From contig JBHGNT010000002.1 in NCBI GenBank assembly GCA_043228905.1, forward strand, positions 14,136,001 to 14,200,000: a DNA stretch of 64,000 nt, given 5' to 3'. The notes under the pieces were generated by a model. That model was not told the origin of the DNA and ran no database searches. It worked only from the letters and a program-made list of their open reading frames with translations. This DNA comes from Azolla caroliniana. Lineage: Eukaryota > Plantae > Polypodiophyta. Position numbers and translations under genes: made by a program. Position 1 is the first letter of the stretch. Each line of letters opens with the position of its first letter. Shown here piece after piece: positions 12,741 through 25,138 of this stretch.

Positions 12741-13261
12741 AAGACGAGGAAGTTAGAACCGAGAAAAGAGGCTAAGAAGGAACGACATGAATGACATAGA
12801 GCATAAGAAGAAACAGGAGAGAAAGAAGATAAAGACAGAAAGCAGAAAAAGCAGAAAGCAAACAGAAAAAAGAGGGGGAAAAAGGGAGATGAGGGCATTC
12901 ATGAAATTTTAAAAAACAAATTGAGGGCATCAAACATAATTTTATAAAACATGAGGGTACATGATATAATTTTTAAATAAAAAATTAAAGGGCACCTACA
13001 AAATTTCGAAAACTCATCAACCTAAAAGAAATGGATGGGATCCACACACAACTCAGAAAATCAACAAAAGGAAGATATACATACACACAACGTTTTTAAG
13101 AACCCGAAAGAGGATACCAAAGTTCGTAAGTCGACAGAATGAGAATGTTCGTGTCGCGGAAGATTCGCTGACCAACAGAGATGTTCGAGTCAAGCGCTCC
13201 AATCGAGGGAGTCAATCGTTGAGAGGATCGATGGAAATTCCGGTCGAAGAAAGATTTTGAT

Positions 13262-13764
13262 CAAGGCATGTGAGATCGACATGCAAGGCACTCTCCCACG
13301 GTCGTGCCATATTGTGTTACCATACGAGATGTACGGGTGATTGATAAGTGAGGGTGAAGGATGTAATGTATGTGTAATCTTATACGATTATCAGTGTGAA
13401 TGTAAGTGTGAGTGTGGTGGATACAAAGAGGTGTGAGTGAGTGACTAGGTGTGAATGCCCAAGGGGCTTGCACCCTTGTGTATCTACCCTTTTGTACCTG
13501 TTTAACCCCTTAGGGGGAATGAATGAATACAATGATCATCTCTCTCTCTCTCTCTCTCTCTCTCCCACTTAACGTTGAACCCCCTTGGGAGGGGGGTGGA
13601 GCCATTCTAGGCACCACCCCCCACCCCACAATGCTTCTCAATGCTTGCCAACATCTTCATGATCTCTCTCACCATCATACTCTCCATCATCTTCATTATT
13701 ACACCATGTCTATCTTCGTCATCGATAATCATCATTACCATTAACCCTAACCCTAAAACCTACA
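13262..13764. repeat. LTR-like segment ending TAACCCTAACCCTAAAACCTACA; truncates element B
   Basis: Shares an exact 20-mer with 7830-8476. Contains (CT)n. The CA end abuts coding sequence of B. Left boundary uncertain. Confidence 0.45.
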
Positions 13765-15693
13765 ACAGCTTGTAAAAGCCTTTGCCCTCTTTGCAGCGGT
13801 TCTCCCAGTCCGCCCGGTAGGTGTGCAATTCTGTTGCTTGCGTAGCCCATGCTACCCATCCTATGTCCAACGTTGCTTTTAATTGCATTATAAACCGCTC
13901 ACGATTTGTTTGGAGGATGCGTACATTGTTCGTTAGCATTTGGGAGCGGGCTTGCGCTTCGTCCAAGGCCTTCTTGAGGTTTTCGATTTTACGCTTATTG
14001 GTCGTCGTTGCTTCCTCATAACAACTCTTCATCGTTGCCCATATCTAGGACTCTTTTAAGTGTAGTTCTTCGAGCCTTCCTATTTCATGGTTCAGGCGGA
14101 TTTCTACATGATGTGTCTGTTCACGTTCACGCACAAGTTGTTCATCGTACCACGCTTTCTTCCTTTCTATTAACTCACGAAGCCCCGTAATGACGACCTT
14201 TGTCTTCTTGCTTCCTCCTACAACTTTCTCTTTTCTTCTTTTGTGCTGGTATTTTCTACTATCTCTGTGTCGAGCTTATCCTCAAGTGCTTTGGGCGCCC
14301 CTCTTCCTTTGACCCTGATATCCGCTTCTCTGTCGGATGACTGGCGGAGTTCTGTGCGGGGTCGGTCGATCTCGGTCTCGGCTAACTGCCTAGCCCTTTA
14401 TGGTTTTGCGGCTGTGGTGGTTTGAGCTTCAACCTCCTCCCATAAAGTGTTCAACTCGTTATCATTGGGGGTAGGTCCGGGGATATGTTGCGTTGTAGTC
14501 GTGTTTCCTTCTAATTGCGGAATGTGATCTTGTGCCTTCTGCAGTTGGTCTTGAGTCAACTTGACTTTCTTCCAGAAATTTTTATTTTTAATAGCCATAA
14601 CATTGGCGCCCACACTGACTCTTGCTAATTCTCTATTCACCTTGACCAGGGCCGCATTTAATGGGGGTAATTCGATGCCCATACAGCAAATTCCCGCATT
14701 ACGCTCCCTGCCTACCTTGGTAAGTGGCTCCTCATCTTTGCTTTTCGTCGTGCTTGTTAGTGCACGCTCAATCATTTGATGTTTTAGTGTGCTCCTTGGC
14801 CATTCTCAGGGACACCTTGATTTGCTATGTCGCCAAGAATTCCATGAGTTCGTATGTCGTTCCAAACTACAATAGTGCATTGAACTCATGGGCCGTATCC
14901 GGAATGTCCGGACATTTCAGGACTTCGCTTTCTGCTATGAGCACTCCTTTGCAACATTGAGACTGAGTCGTAATGATTGGTTGTGGCTCACGGATTATCT
15001 CGAATATAGTTTTGGGCTCCGTGGGGGCAAAAGTTTCGACTGGTGCAGCTATATCTTTTACCAGTCTGCGCCCACCCTTTCGATCTAGCCTACGTCGCTT
15101 AGGCTTTGGGCTTCTACGGTTGTGTTCTGGTTCCTGCTAACCCGTCGTTGTCGGTGCGTCGACGGTCTCTACTGGTTTTTCCGGCCTCGTTGGTTCCCTG
15201 ACACGGTGGGAAGGTTGTGGTTCTTCTTCCCATTCCGTGGTTGCCAATTTTGCTAGCCGCCGTTTCGCTGATCGTGGCGGGGGTGTAGGTTTGCTAGTCG
15301 GTGGGGCGGGGAGTCCACGCGTTGGAAACAGTATCGTAAGGTGCTATTGAATGGCTGGCCTTAGCTTTTTCCCGGCTTGGTATGCGTGAAGTCCCTCTTG
15401 TAGCGCCGGTCCCGTAATTACTCCCTAATCTACTTCCCGACCTTCGAATGTGTCGATGATAATGCATGCCTTCTGTTTCGGCATTCCGTAGGCATTAACA
15501 TGTATGCATTCGACTTCTAGTAGGAACTTTGCAATCTCCCAAAAAAATGGATTTGGGATTTTCTTTGTTCTGTATGCTTTGGCAGATGTCGAATATTGTC
15601 CAAAATACTTCTCGAGTTCGTTGGATGGAGGAATTTCGAAGTGCTTCTCGCCCGTTGAAGACAGACACAACTTCTTCCGGATACTAGCATATA

Positions 15694-18209
15694 ACATGTT
15701 TGCGTTCACAAGTGGAAGGATCGTGCATTCCACTTATACATTCCTTTTATAATCTTGCGATTTAAGGCGATTTTTAGAAACTTGATACACCAATATCACA
15801 TGTTTTAAATAGCATGTAAAATTTGTTAATTTTTTGAGATTTAACAAGTTTCAAAAGGATAATTTTTAAAATTGAATATTTTTTCAATAAATGCTTAAAC
15901 ATTGATGGTTTGCAAATATGAAATGTAGTTAACTTAAAGAACATCACAATGGTTAACTTAACACACAAGGTAAAAATAATGGTTTCACCATCTTGAGAAG
16001 ATGTAGGTTCCAGAAGTGGAAGTTACATCTATTATTAGACTTGAAAATCTTTTAAGTATAAGAGGTAAGATTGTAATCCTTAATGCTATCATCTATAAAT
16101 TTAGTGCTCATTAACATCCATAAATTCACAACTCAAGAAATGTATACAATATTCATAAACAATTTTGATAAAACCATAACTCCGAAAATGTAGATGATAT
16201 TCATAAACTGTCAAAACTGCCAAACTTAGATGTAAACATTAATATATCAATTTGAACATATCACATACTTATCAAGGTATCCACAATCCTCTCCTCTTCT
16301 TCATTTTGAGAGCTCCCCTACAAAATTTGTGAAGTAAATGACATTTGCAAAGTTCAATTACCATCAACACAATTATTAATGGTTTTTTGTTAATTAAGGA
16401 AACACATATTCACCATAAGGTATTTTGTTGTGCAACATAGTTCTTTACAATATCGACATGCATCTTTTACTCTTGTCAAAACAGATATTTTAGTACAATT
16501 CGAGTTCACGTAAAAACCCTAAACCTCTTTTAGTTGAAAAAAAATAAATTTTCTAAATATGAACTCCATACATTGTATGGAGTTGATGTAAAAAACAAAG
16601 TTTTCATCACAATCCCATACAATGTATCAAATTTATGTTCAAAGTTTTTTTCCAGAATTTAAAAAATAAAAATCGAACTTGACTTGATGAAAAAACCAGA
16701 TTTTTCACCACAATTCAGTACAATGTACCTAGTTCATGTTTAAAGTAATTTTTTCAATTTTGTTTTCAAATTTTTTTTACTTTGTTTTGATTTTTTTTTA
16801 TGGAAAAAAAACTTTAAACATGATTTCAATACATTGTATTGACTTGTGATGAGAACTCTAGTTTTTTCATCATTTCAACTTTTTTTTTAAAAAAAACAAC
16901 TAAAAGGACCCAAAATAAATAGAAAAAAACCAAAATTGTTTTTTTTTAAACCCCTCAAAAAACCTTTAAACATGAACTCCATACATTGTATCGAATTCAT
17001 GTGAAAAAGTCAACTTTTCGATATGATGAAAACTTTGTTTTTCAACACTAACTCGATACATTGTATCGAGTTCATGTACAAAAGCTAAGTTTTTCAACAT
17101 GAACTCGATACGACGTATCGAGTTCGCATTTAAAAACAGAGTTTTCAACGTGAACTCGATACAATGTATCGAGTTCATGTTTAAAGTTTTTTTTATTTTT
17201 TTATTTTTTCTATCTATTTTGGGTCTTTTTTTATTTTTTTGAAGTGATGAAAAAACTAGAGTTCTCATCACAAGTCGATACAATGTATCGAATTCATGTT
17301 TAAAGTTTTTTTCCCAAAAAAACAATTAATAATAAATAAATAAATACCAAATTTTTTTGAAAACATTACTTTAAACATGAACTCTATACATTGTATTGAA
17401 TTGTGAACTAAGGACGACAACACGAGCATAACTCAGGTGATAAGGAAACTTGCAAGAACTCAAGGTGGGGATATTAATAGCTACACATGTAGATGGCCAT
17501 TACCTAGGGCACCAATTTTGCATTGGTAGAGTTTTGGACGTGGTGATGGATTAAACTTCTATAATACATCTATCATTGACATTAGTGAAGTGGATATCAT
17601 TGTGTATGACTTTACATTGACAAAAGTTGGATGTTTAAGGATGATAGACATAATAAAAAAGATATTACCAAGACTAGAAGATATCAAATTGAAGGCGAAC
17701 AAGATTTAGTGCACACAATTTGGAGACACCATTTACTAAAGACAATGATTTGATTGGTACATTTGAAAATGAGGAGGAAGAGTCACAATTGTATATTAGC
17801 TATAGTAGTGATTCTCAAGAAAGGAATGATGATACTGATGCAAATAACTCTTAAATGTATTTTTTGTGCAACGATATGTAAGAAATTTAGACAATATATT
17901 TATCGAATGAAATAAAAAAGTTGATTGTTTTGAAATCTTTCGCTTATGATTTCGTTAGGATTTAAAATACTGCTAATTGTAATTTATCCTTGAAAATACA
18001 CAAAGTTACTTTTCGTATTTGGCCAAAATTTGGCATTTTGCAATTTTACCAAATCGTGAAAATTTTAGCTTTTTCATCAAGTTTTTGAGAACATGTGATA
18101 CTGGTATCAAGGTGTTTTGTGAAATGGCAAAAAAAGCCCCCAAATCAAATGTAATATTCTTTATCCTTCCATTTGTGCACGATCCTTCCACTTGTGAACG
18201 CGAACGTGT
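15694..18209. mobile_element. Non-autonomous TIR DNA transposon (34-bp TIRs, TA flanks)
   Basis: ACATGTTTGCGTTCACAAGTGGAAGGATCGTGCA (15694-15727) is inverted at 18176-18209 with 2 CpG-type mismatches. Removal restores the host frame. Interior is AT-rich. Confidence 0.9.
16495..17404. repeat. Array of about 31-bp palindromes (CATGAACTCGATACATTGTATCGAGTTCATG) organised as a long foldback
   Basis: More than ten degenerate copies separated by A/T tracts. About 16709-17000 is the reverse complement of about 17150-17404. Confidence 0.85.
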
Positions 18210-18749
18210 TATTTGTCACCGTGTTGCGATTTCTTGGGCATCAAGATGCGGTGGTGCTTCAACTACCCAGATGTACCCCTTGATTCCCTTTTCTAGGAGC
18301 CACCTACACAAAGCTGTCTAGATGGTGATCGGCATTGTGGGTGGACAGGCTGTGTGCGGAGAGTGTTGAACGGGTGAAGCACGTGGGGTGCGTTGTGCGT
18401 GGTGTCTGCGGTATGTAGGATAGTGAGGAGCACGAGGAGAGTGAGGAGAGTAGAAGGGTGGAGGTTGTTTTCTGTAATGCGTAGAAACCTTCTGTTTCCT
18501 TCTTTTTGTGCCTTAGGGTTCATAGGCCTGTGTGACATCGTGGTGACGCATCTTCTTGTTTTTGGGATTTGTGCATGCATGAAGTCGTTTTAATAGTCGT
18601 GACTATCTTCTCTTCTTCTTTTTTCCAATGGTTACTAGTACAACATTATTGTTGCATTTGTTACCCGTGGGTCCTGGCTACTAGTTAGTGTGGGATCCAT
18701 CCGCCGTGTCCGTTACGGCATCAAACGGGTTTGGGGGCATAGATCCAAG

Positions 18750-21490
18750 GTAAGGCTTCAATCGGAATCTGTTCACTTTTTGGCGTAATAGTTCTCTAGC
18801 GAGGGTACCTAACTGAAAGGTCCCATTTTCTGCCCCAATTATCTAGTATGGCCCTATCTAGTGGAATCGTAACTTTCCTAGCAGTGGCCCCATGCGTGTT
18901 TGAAAGACCAGTACGGCTTTCCCAACCTTGAATTCTTTCTCTCGTGTGTCCCAATGTTGATCTACAAACGCCTTATGTCGTCATTGCTCTTGTTCCAATA
19001 TGGCCATGCTACGGATCCGAGCTTCACCTAGTTCGAGAAGTTGTTGCAACCGGATCTGCTCAGACTGGCCTTCCGACAGTCTATCGCGTACTTGAATCCG
19101 CAAACTAGGCACCTGGAATTCGATGGGCATTACGGCCTCTAACCCAAACGCTAACTAGAAAGGTGTGGATTGTATACTCTTTTTTAAACTCGCTCGATAC
19201 GCCCACAAAGCACTGTGCACCTTTGTGTGCCAGTCTATTCTATTCTCATTCACTATTTTTTTTCAGGATATTCTATAGTTTCTTGTTCGTGGATTCTGCT
19301 AACCCATTTGCCTATGGGTAATATGGCGTACTCTTCTTGTGTACTACGACGTAATGGTGGGTGAGTTCGTGGATGACCGAATTCAAGAAATGGCTCCCTT
19401 GGTCGCTTATGAGCTCTATTGGGCAACCAAAATGGCACCAAATGTGTTCATAAAGGAATCTTCTCGTGGACATCGCAGTATTCTCCCGTAACGGTTTGGA
19501 TTCCACCCACTTTGTGCAATAATCAGTGGTCACGAGAATGTATTTGTTGCTTGTTCGTGCTGCTGCCGACAAAATCGAGACCCCATTTTTGGAACGGGTC
19601 AAGCAAGAGTAGTGGTTGGTGAGGCATTCTTGCGAGCTCCGTAGGTTGCCCCAAGTGTTGACACTGATCACATTGTTTACAATATTGATATGCGTCCTTT
19701 TGCGTAGTTGGCCACCAGAGACCTGCTTGCCATACTTTTCTAGTCGGGACATCACCTGCGTAATGTCCTCCGGCCATACCACAATGAGCTTCGTGTAGTA
19801 CACCTTCCTTGTCATCCTGCCGTATTCCACGCCGCCAAATGCCATTGCTCCCTTTATGGTACAGTACACCTTCGACCAGACAGAAGTTATGACTCCAGTC
19901 AGTCAGTCATTTCTTTTCGTTTGTTTGTAGCTGTGGTGGTGGCAGCCCTATGGTAAAAAACTAGGTCATCTCCATGAGCCAACGATCCAGAAAATTCTTT
20001 TCTTCTCATCGCACCATGGTTGTGACCCACAAAATATCAGCGTCGGGAAAGTCATCATCTTGTCGCAACGCATTATCACCGTTGTCTAGTTTTTTTAAGA
20101 AATAAGCTACGGCATGCTGTGTACCCGGCCGATGTTGAATCACGAAGTTGAACTCCTGGAGCAGCAACGTCCATCTGGCCAGCTTCCCAATCAACATCTG
20201 CTTCTCGACCAGGTAGAGGAATGTCGCGTGGTCTACGTGAAACGTAAATTTTTGCCTCAGTAGATAATGTCGGAATTCGTTGATGATGTAGATCATACCC
20301 AAGGTCTCATGCTCAGTCGTGGAGTAATTCCGTTCGGCATCTGATAATTTATGACTAGCGTAATAAACCGGTCGGTACCAATTAGGCTCTGTGAGTTGCA
20401 TCAATGCACTACCTATTGCGATATCTGAGGCATCTACAAATACGTGAAACGGTGTCGTCCAATCTAGTGGTTGTACGACTAGTGCTTGAGTTACCATTAT
20501 CTTCAGTGCCTCATACGTTTGGAAGGAGTACGATGTACGACGACGTGTAATGGAGTCGCGAAATCCGCCAAGTATCGTAACATACGGCTGTGCCAACGTA
20601 TTTGCCCTAAGAAGCGGTAAGGGCTTTGGCTTTAGTCAGGGTCTTCGCTTCAATGACTGTCGTGATTTTGTTAGGGTCTACTGTTATCCCCTCCTTGCTT
20701 ACTATATGTCCAAGGAGTGCTCCACTAGTGACACCAAATGCATATTTCCTCGGATTAAGACTGAGGCGTGACAAATGGCAGCGTTCTAAACAAAGCCGTA
20801 GATGCCCCAAATGATCACCTCGCGTTCCATACACCGCAAAGTCGTCGAGAAAAACTTGCTTAAATGCAGGTATGTATTCTCCAAAAATCTCCGTAATAGT
20901 TCGCTGGAAAGTGGCGGGCGCCGTCTTCGGACCAAACATCATTACTAAGGCAACGAACATGCCCCAGTCCGTGACGAATGCAGTCTTCACTTGGTCGTTA
21001 GGGTGCATACATACTTGATTGTATCTGTTGAAGCCATCCAAAAAACTATACATGTCATGGCCTGCGACGGTGTCTAGTACGCTATCTGTAAAAGGTAAGG
21101 AAAACGCTTCCGTAATTGTTATGACGTTTAGCTTGCGATAATCCACACAAAGGCTTATTTTCCCATTTTTCTTCGGCACCATGACTATTGGACTTAGCCA
21201 CGTGGCCTGTTTTACCGGCCAAATGAACCCTACTTTCAATAGTTTGTCAATTTCTTCTTTTACGCGAGCCGCGTAATTCGAGTTCATTCGATAGCGTTAC
21301 TACTACACATGGTTTGCGTCGGTGGACAAGTTGATCTTGTGTTGATAAAATTTCGGATCCAACCCTTTCATGTCCTCTTGTGACCATGCGAAAACATGCT
21401 TATATTCCCGGAGCAGTTCTGTCATTGCCGTCTTCTCACCTGAGGTCAGGTCCCTACCAATTGAGAGTACTAGTGGCACCTCCGTCATTC
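18750..21490 (-). pseudogene. pol of element B (RT, RH, INT)
   Basis: WLSPIVMVPKKNGKISLCVDYRKLN; FLDDF; FVDASDIAIG; PFQKWGLDFVG; DYCTKWVE; ISDQGSHF. Confidence 0.92.
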
Positions 21491-24111
21491 CGATGTTGAC
21501 TTCTTCTAATGCAGAAGTAGTGACTCAACACGAGATTTCCATTTCTTTTTTGAACGCTTCCCGTGCCCTACTTAACTCTATTATAAACTCAAGATCAAGC
21601 TCGTACTCCTCTTCTTGAAGCGTACTGGTTGGGGCGTACTCCGCAACGGTTTCCATTAGGTCAATTTCGAATAATGGCACGATCCACGGGTTTTCATCGA
21701 GGTATGCCTCAAGCTTAGTATCATCCAATCCTTCTAGCATATTAATATCTTCGGCGTATAATGGCGTTATGCCCTTGGTTGGAGCTGCCATTCCTTGCGC
21801 CATTACACGGACTTTGCTACGACCTCGTTGAAAGATGATACAATTATGCCGCCAATTCTGCTTGATGTTGGCAGAGCGTAACCATGGTCTACCCCACAGA
21901 ATTGGATACACTCCCGAAGCATCTAATGCGAGCACCACCACAGAGATGTCAAAGTGATGGCCTTCGACGACAATTCTTAACTTCCGAATTAACCCGAGGG
22001 GCCTGATGGAACGGGTGTCCGCTATACGGAGCCAGAAAGGACATGCTTCCCAAACTATAATGCCTTGTTGAGTACATGTGCTTGTACTAATGAAATTTAT
22101 GCCGGACCCCCCATCGACAATGCATCAAGGTATTTCTTGACCCTTCAGTTCCAATTTAGTGGCCGGATTGTGATGATCTAATACTACTGGGCCGGTAGTA
22201 GACTCCGCGAAATTGGCCGAGACATCTAATCTGGTTGTGCCTCGTATATGATTCTCTATCACCAGTTGGAATCGTGGAACCAAGCAGAGGAGCTTATCCA
22301 TGGTTAGCGTTATTTCACAGTCTGCCAATGCTTGCCATATGGGGTCCGGTGCTAAGGCGTTATCGCCCGTCTACAAACTGGCATCCGCTGATTCTTGTTT
22401 CATACGCTCCGCATTCACGTCATTTTCTTTTTCTACCCAGGCTTGGGCTGCTTTACGTATCTCATCTTGTTCTGCCCATTCTATGTTTTTCGCCTGTTTC
22501 TGCATTGTGACCTGGTGGACTTCTGTCGTGATTGTATTTATGGTTGGTTCCTTACCTTTGTGACGCAAACACTATGTCGCGTAATGACCGGGTTGTTGGC
22601 ACATGAAACAATGTACGCTTGACTCGCCTCTCTCTACAATCGGTGGTGTATTGGTTTCTCCGGTATGGCTTACTCTTCCCGGGTTTGCTAAATTCTCTTG
22701 TTATTCCGGTGTTGTTGACGATATTCTCGGCGTGGCTCTAGGCGTTGTTCATCTTCTGAACTCTCCTCATAACGACATTGTTCCCTAGGTGGAAGATTGT
22801 TACCATTTGGATGAGGTCCGTTGAATCCTCTGCGATTTTTGTAGGCCGTTGATTGTCGTAGCGACGACCCCCCCCCCCCCCCCCCCCCCGATTGTAACGG
22901 TTGGTATTCCGGTAATCTTCCTCTTCCTACTCTTCTTCGTCGGAATACGGGTTGTTGTTATGGTGGTGATGGTACTGTTGCTCCGTTCTCTGATTGCAGT
23001 CCATATACAGGGGACGCTCCTCTTGCCAGCCTTGGTCATTCTTGCGAAATGGCCGTTGTGGGTCCATACAGCGTACTACAAGTGTGGGCTTGTTCAGTAT
23101 ATTTTACTCACATTGATCCACTGTGTGTGCCCGTGAGTGGCAAATGGGGCAATGTATTCTCATATTACATTCGATCGCGGAATGCCCGGAGTTTAAATAG
23201 ATTGTGCATTGAATGGTCTGGCGGAATCAATGTTCCTCTTCTTGAGGCAATGCCTGCCGTAGCGATGCCATGGACAATTCTTCATCTTCCTCCTCTAACT
23301 CGAGCTATCATGCTCGCTCAATGACTATATCCGACGTCCCCCCTTTCACACTATGCGTGTTCAGCGTCATCCTGATAGGTCATCGTAAGGCTACCAAAAA
23401 CGTTTCCTTGGCCTCTTCATTTGTTGGGACCCGTGTAAGATTCCATCTTAAACTCTGTAAACGCAGACTTAAATCCGCTACGGATTCTGTTGGAAGTTGC
23501 TTGATGGTATAGAACTGACCAATAATTTCACGTTATGGCACCCTCCGATGAAAAAAACGCAAGAACACCGATTGCAATTGGTTGAAGGTTGTGATTGCTG
23601 CCAAATCCATCTGGGAATGCCAACATGCAGCCTAACCGTCCAAAGTTAACCCGAACTTGGTGATTTTCGATGAGTGGGCTTCCGTGTCTGGAAACCGATG
23701 CACGATGTGATTAGCATTCCAAACATTGAGGAACGATCATATGTGGCTCGCAACGTCGGTTTCTTCGTTGAAGCGGGGGTATGAAAAAGCCATTCCGGTC
23801 GCGATGGTGACGGTTGGCAAAGGAAGCCTATTGGCACCGTGGTGTGGGCTACTGTGGCGTTTATTCGCACTACTTTGATCGTGTGGTGATAAGACTTTGT
23901 GATCCAAGCTGCTCTGTTCTATGAACATGGAGTCCACCATGTACTCCTAAAAAGAGGAGGTGTGGTCACTAAGCCAGGGTTTCCGCGTAGCGCGTTCTTT
24001 TGTCTGTCTGGTGATGGATCTAGTTAGTGGTCGATCTTGTCGCATAGGTTCTCTGATACGTCGGCGGCTAGACATCCATTCCTTGCTTGCTCGACTGCGA
24101 GGATTCACAGA

Positions 24112-24126
24112 TCACCAAGCGTGCCA
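24112..24126 (-). promoter_or_regulatory. PBS of element B, tRNA-Arg(UCU)-type
   Basis: TGGCACGCTTGGTGA starts 4 nt after the LTR end GTAACA; reads as a C>T-decayed TGGCACGCCCGGTGG. Confidence 0.7.
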
Positions 24127-24130
24127 AAAG

Positions 24131-24565
24131 TGTTACTAGTTAGGAACACAGTCCACCCTCAATCCTTCGGGGTAGCTTACAAGGTGATTGTGGTGCAAGG
24201 GAATAGGGATGCGTAGTGCGTGATTTGTAAGGCATAAGGGGAAGATGGCTACAACCTAACCTCCAGAGGGGCATAGCACCCAACGCGTACTTACCTTGTG
24301 TACTATAACACAGTCTTGTACAGAGAACGAGAAATAGAAACAAGAGACTAATAGACCAATAGACAGAATACCAAGATCAGAGAAGATAAACTATATTAAA
24401 ACGACACTCTCATAATACGCTAGCTGTTTACAATGGTCTCTCGCCCTTTATATACATAGGGTTTCTAATCGGTTACGCTCCCTGCATACAACCATTACAC
24501 GATCCTAATATAATACTCTATTCTCCATGCGTTATGTTCGACGGTTACAATTTTGGCGGACAACA
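24131..24565 (-). repeat. 5' LTR of element B
   Basis: Ends TGTTGTCCGCC...GTGTTCCTAACTAGTAACA on the minus strand, matching the termini of 46820-47248. Confidence 0.85.
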
Positions 24566-25138
24566 ATATAGTCCCAGTGAGCGTACTTGGGAACCAATAG
24601 AGAATGTGACCAATGCTCGTGTTGTTCTTGAAGACTTCCATCGTCAATATCCAGACAAACCAAGTCCTCAATCCAAAATGACTCGTGACACTCGTTGTTT
24701 TAAAGGGAAAATAGTGTCATGATATGACAAGACTCGAACCGATGACCTTACATTACATGGGTCAAGCTCTTGACCATTAGACTATATGTTGTAATACAAA
24801 AAATATTATTTTCATTTAAGTTTTACTATAAAAAAATTGATGTATATTCCAGATTTCTCTGGAACATTCTAGAAACTTCAAGAGTACTCCTGAGAACACT
24901 ATAAAAGGAGGCACAAGGAATTATTTCGAACCAAATCAGTTCAACGCCAATCTTAAGCCTCCTAGCTTTCCTTGTATATTCTTTTCACATAATATATCGA
25001 TGTCATTATCATTTTCTCTCCCTTGATCTCTCACTAGCTCTCTCCTTCTCTCGAGTGTTCTACACCCTCTTTTCCTCTTAGTACTAATATTCATCTATTA
25101 GTACTGATTTCCTCTCTATCTCAGTACTATTCCTGACA
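24566..25138 (+). mobile_element. 3' remnant of a second copy of the chromovirus (chromodomain end, PPT, LTR 24715-25138)
   Basis: YSPSERTWEPIENVTNAR...FKGKIVS. The LTR is a reverse-complement homolog of 2007-2438. Confidence 0.92.

Larger units (their letters stand above)
13765..18600 (-). pseudogene. Extra ORF of element B (homolog of 37572-39905), split by a TIR element
   Basis: RWLLEKGIKGYIWVVEAPPHLDAQ | EIPPSNELEKYFGQYS...MPKQKACIIIDTFEGREVD, followed by a coiled-coil-like tail. Confidence 0.8.
13765..24565 (-). mobile_element. Element B: non-chromovirus Ty3/gypsy (Phygy/Selgy/Tat-like) with extra 3' ORF; 3' end lost
   Basis: LTR 24131-24565, PBS, gag about 24060-22300, AP about 22130-21525, RT 21287-20607, RH 20596-20006, INT about 19870-18750, extra ORF about 18600-13765. 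Confidence 0.9.

Noticed and set aside
13741-13764. Interstitial telomere
   Set aside because: Only two to three imperfect units, at an LTR-like terminus.
16495-17404. CRISPR-like array of palindromic repeats
   Set aside because: Spacers are low-complexity A/T tracts of variable length that mirror each other; there are no cas genes; the array lies inside a eukaryotic TIR element.
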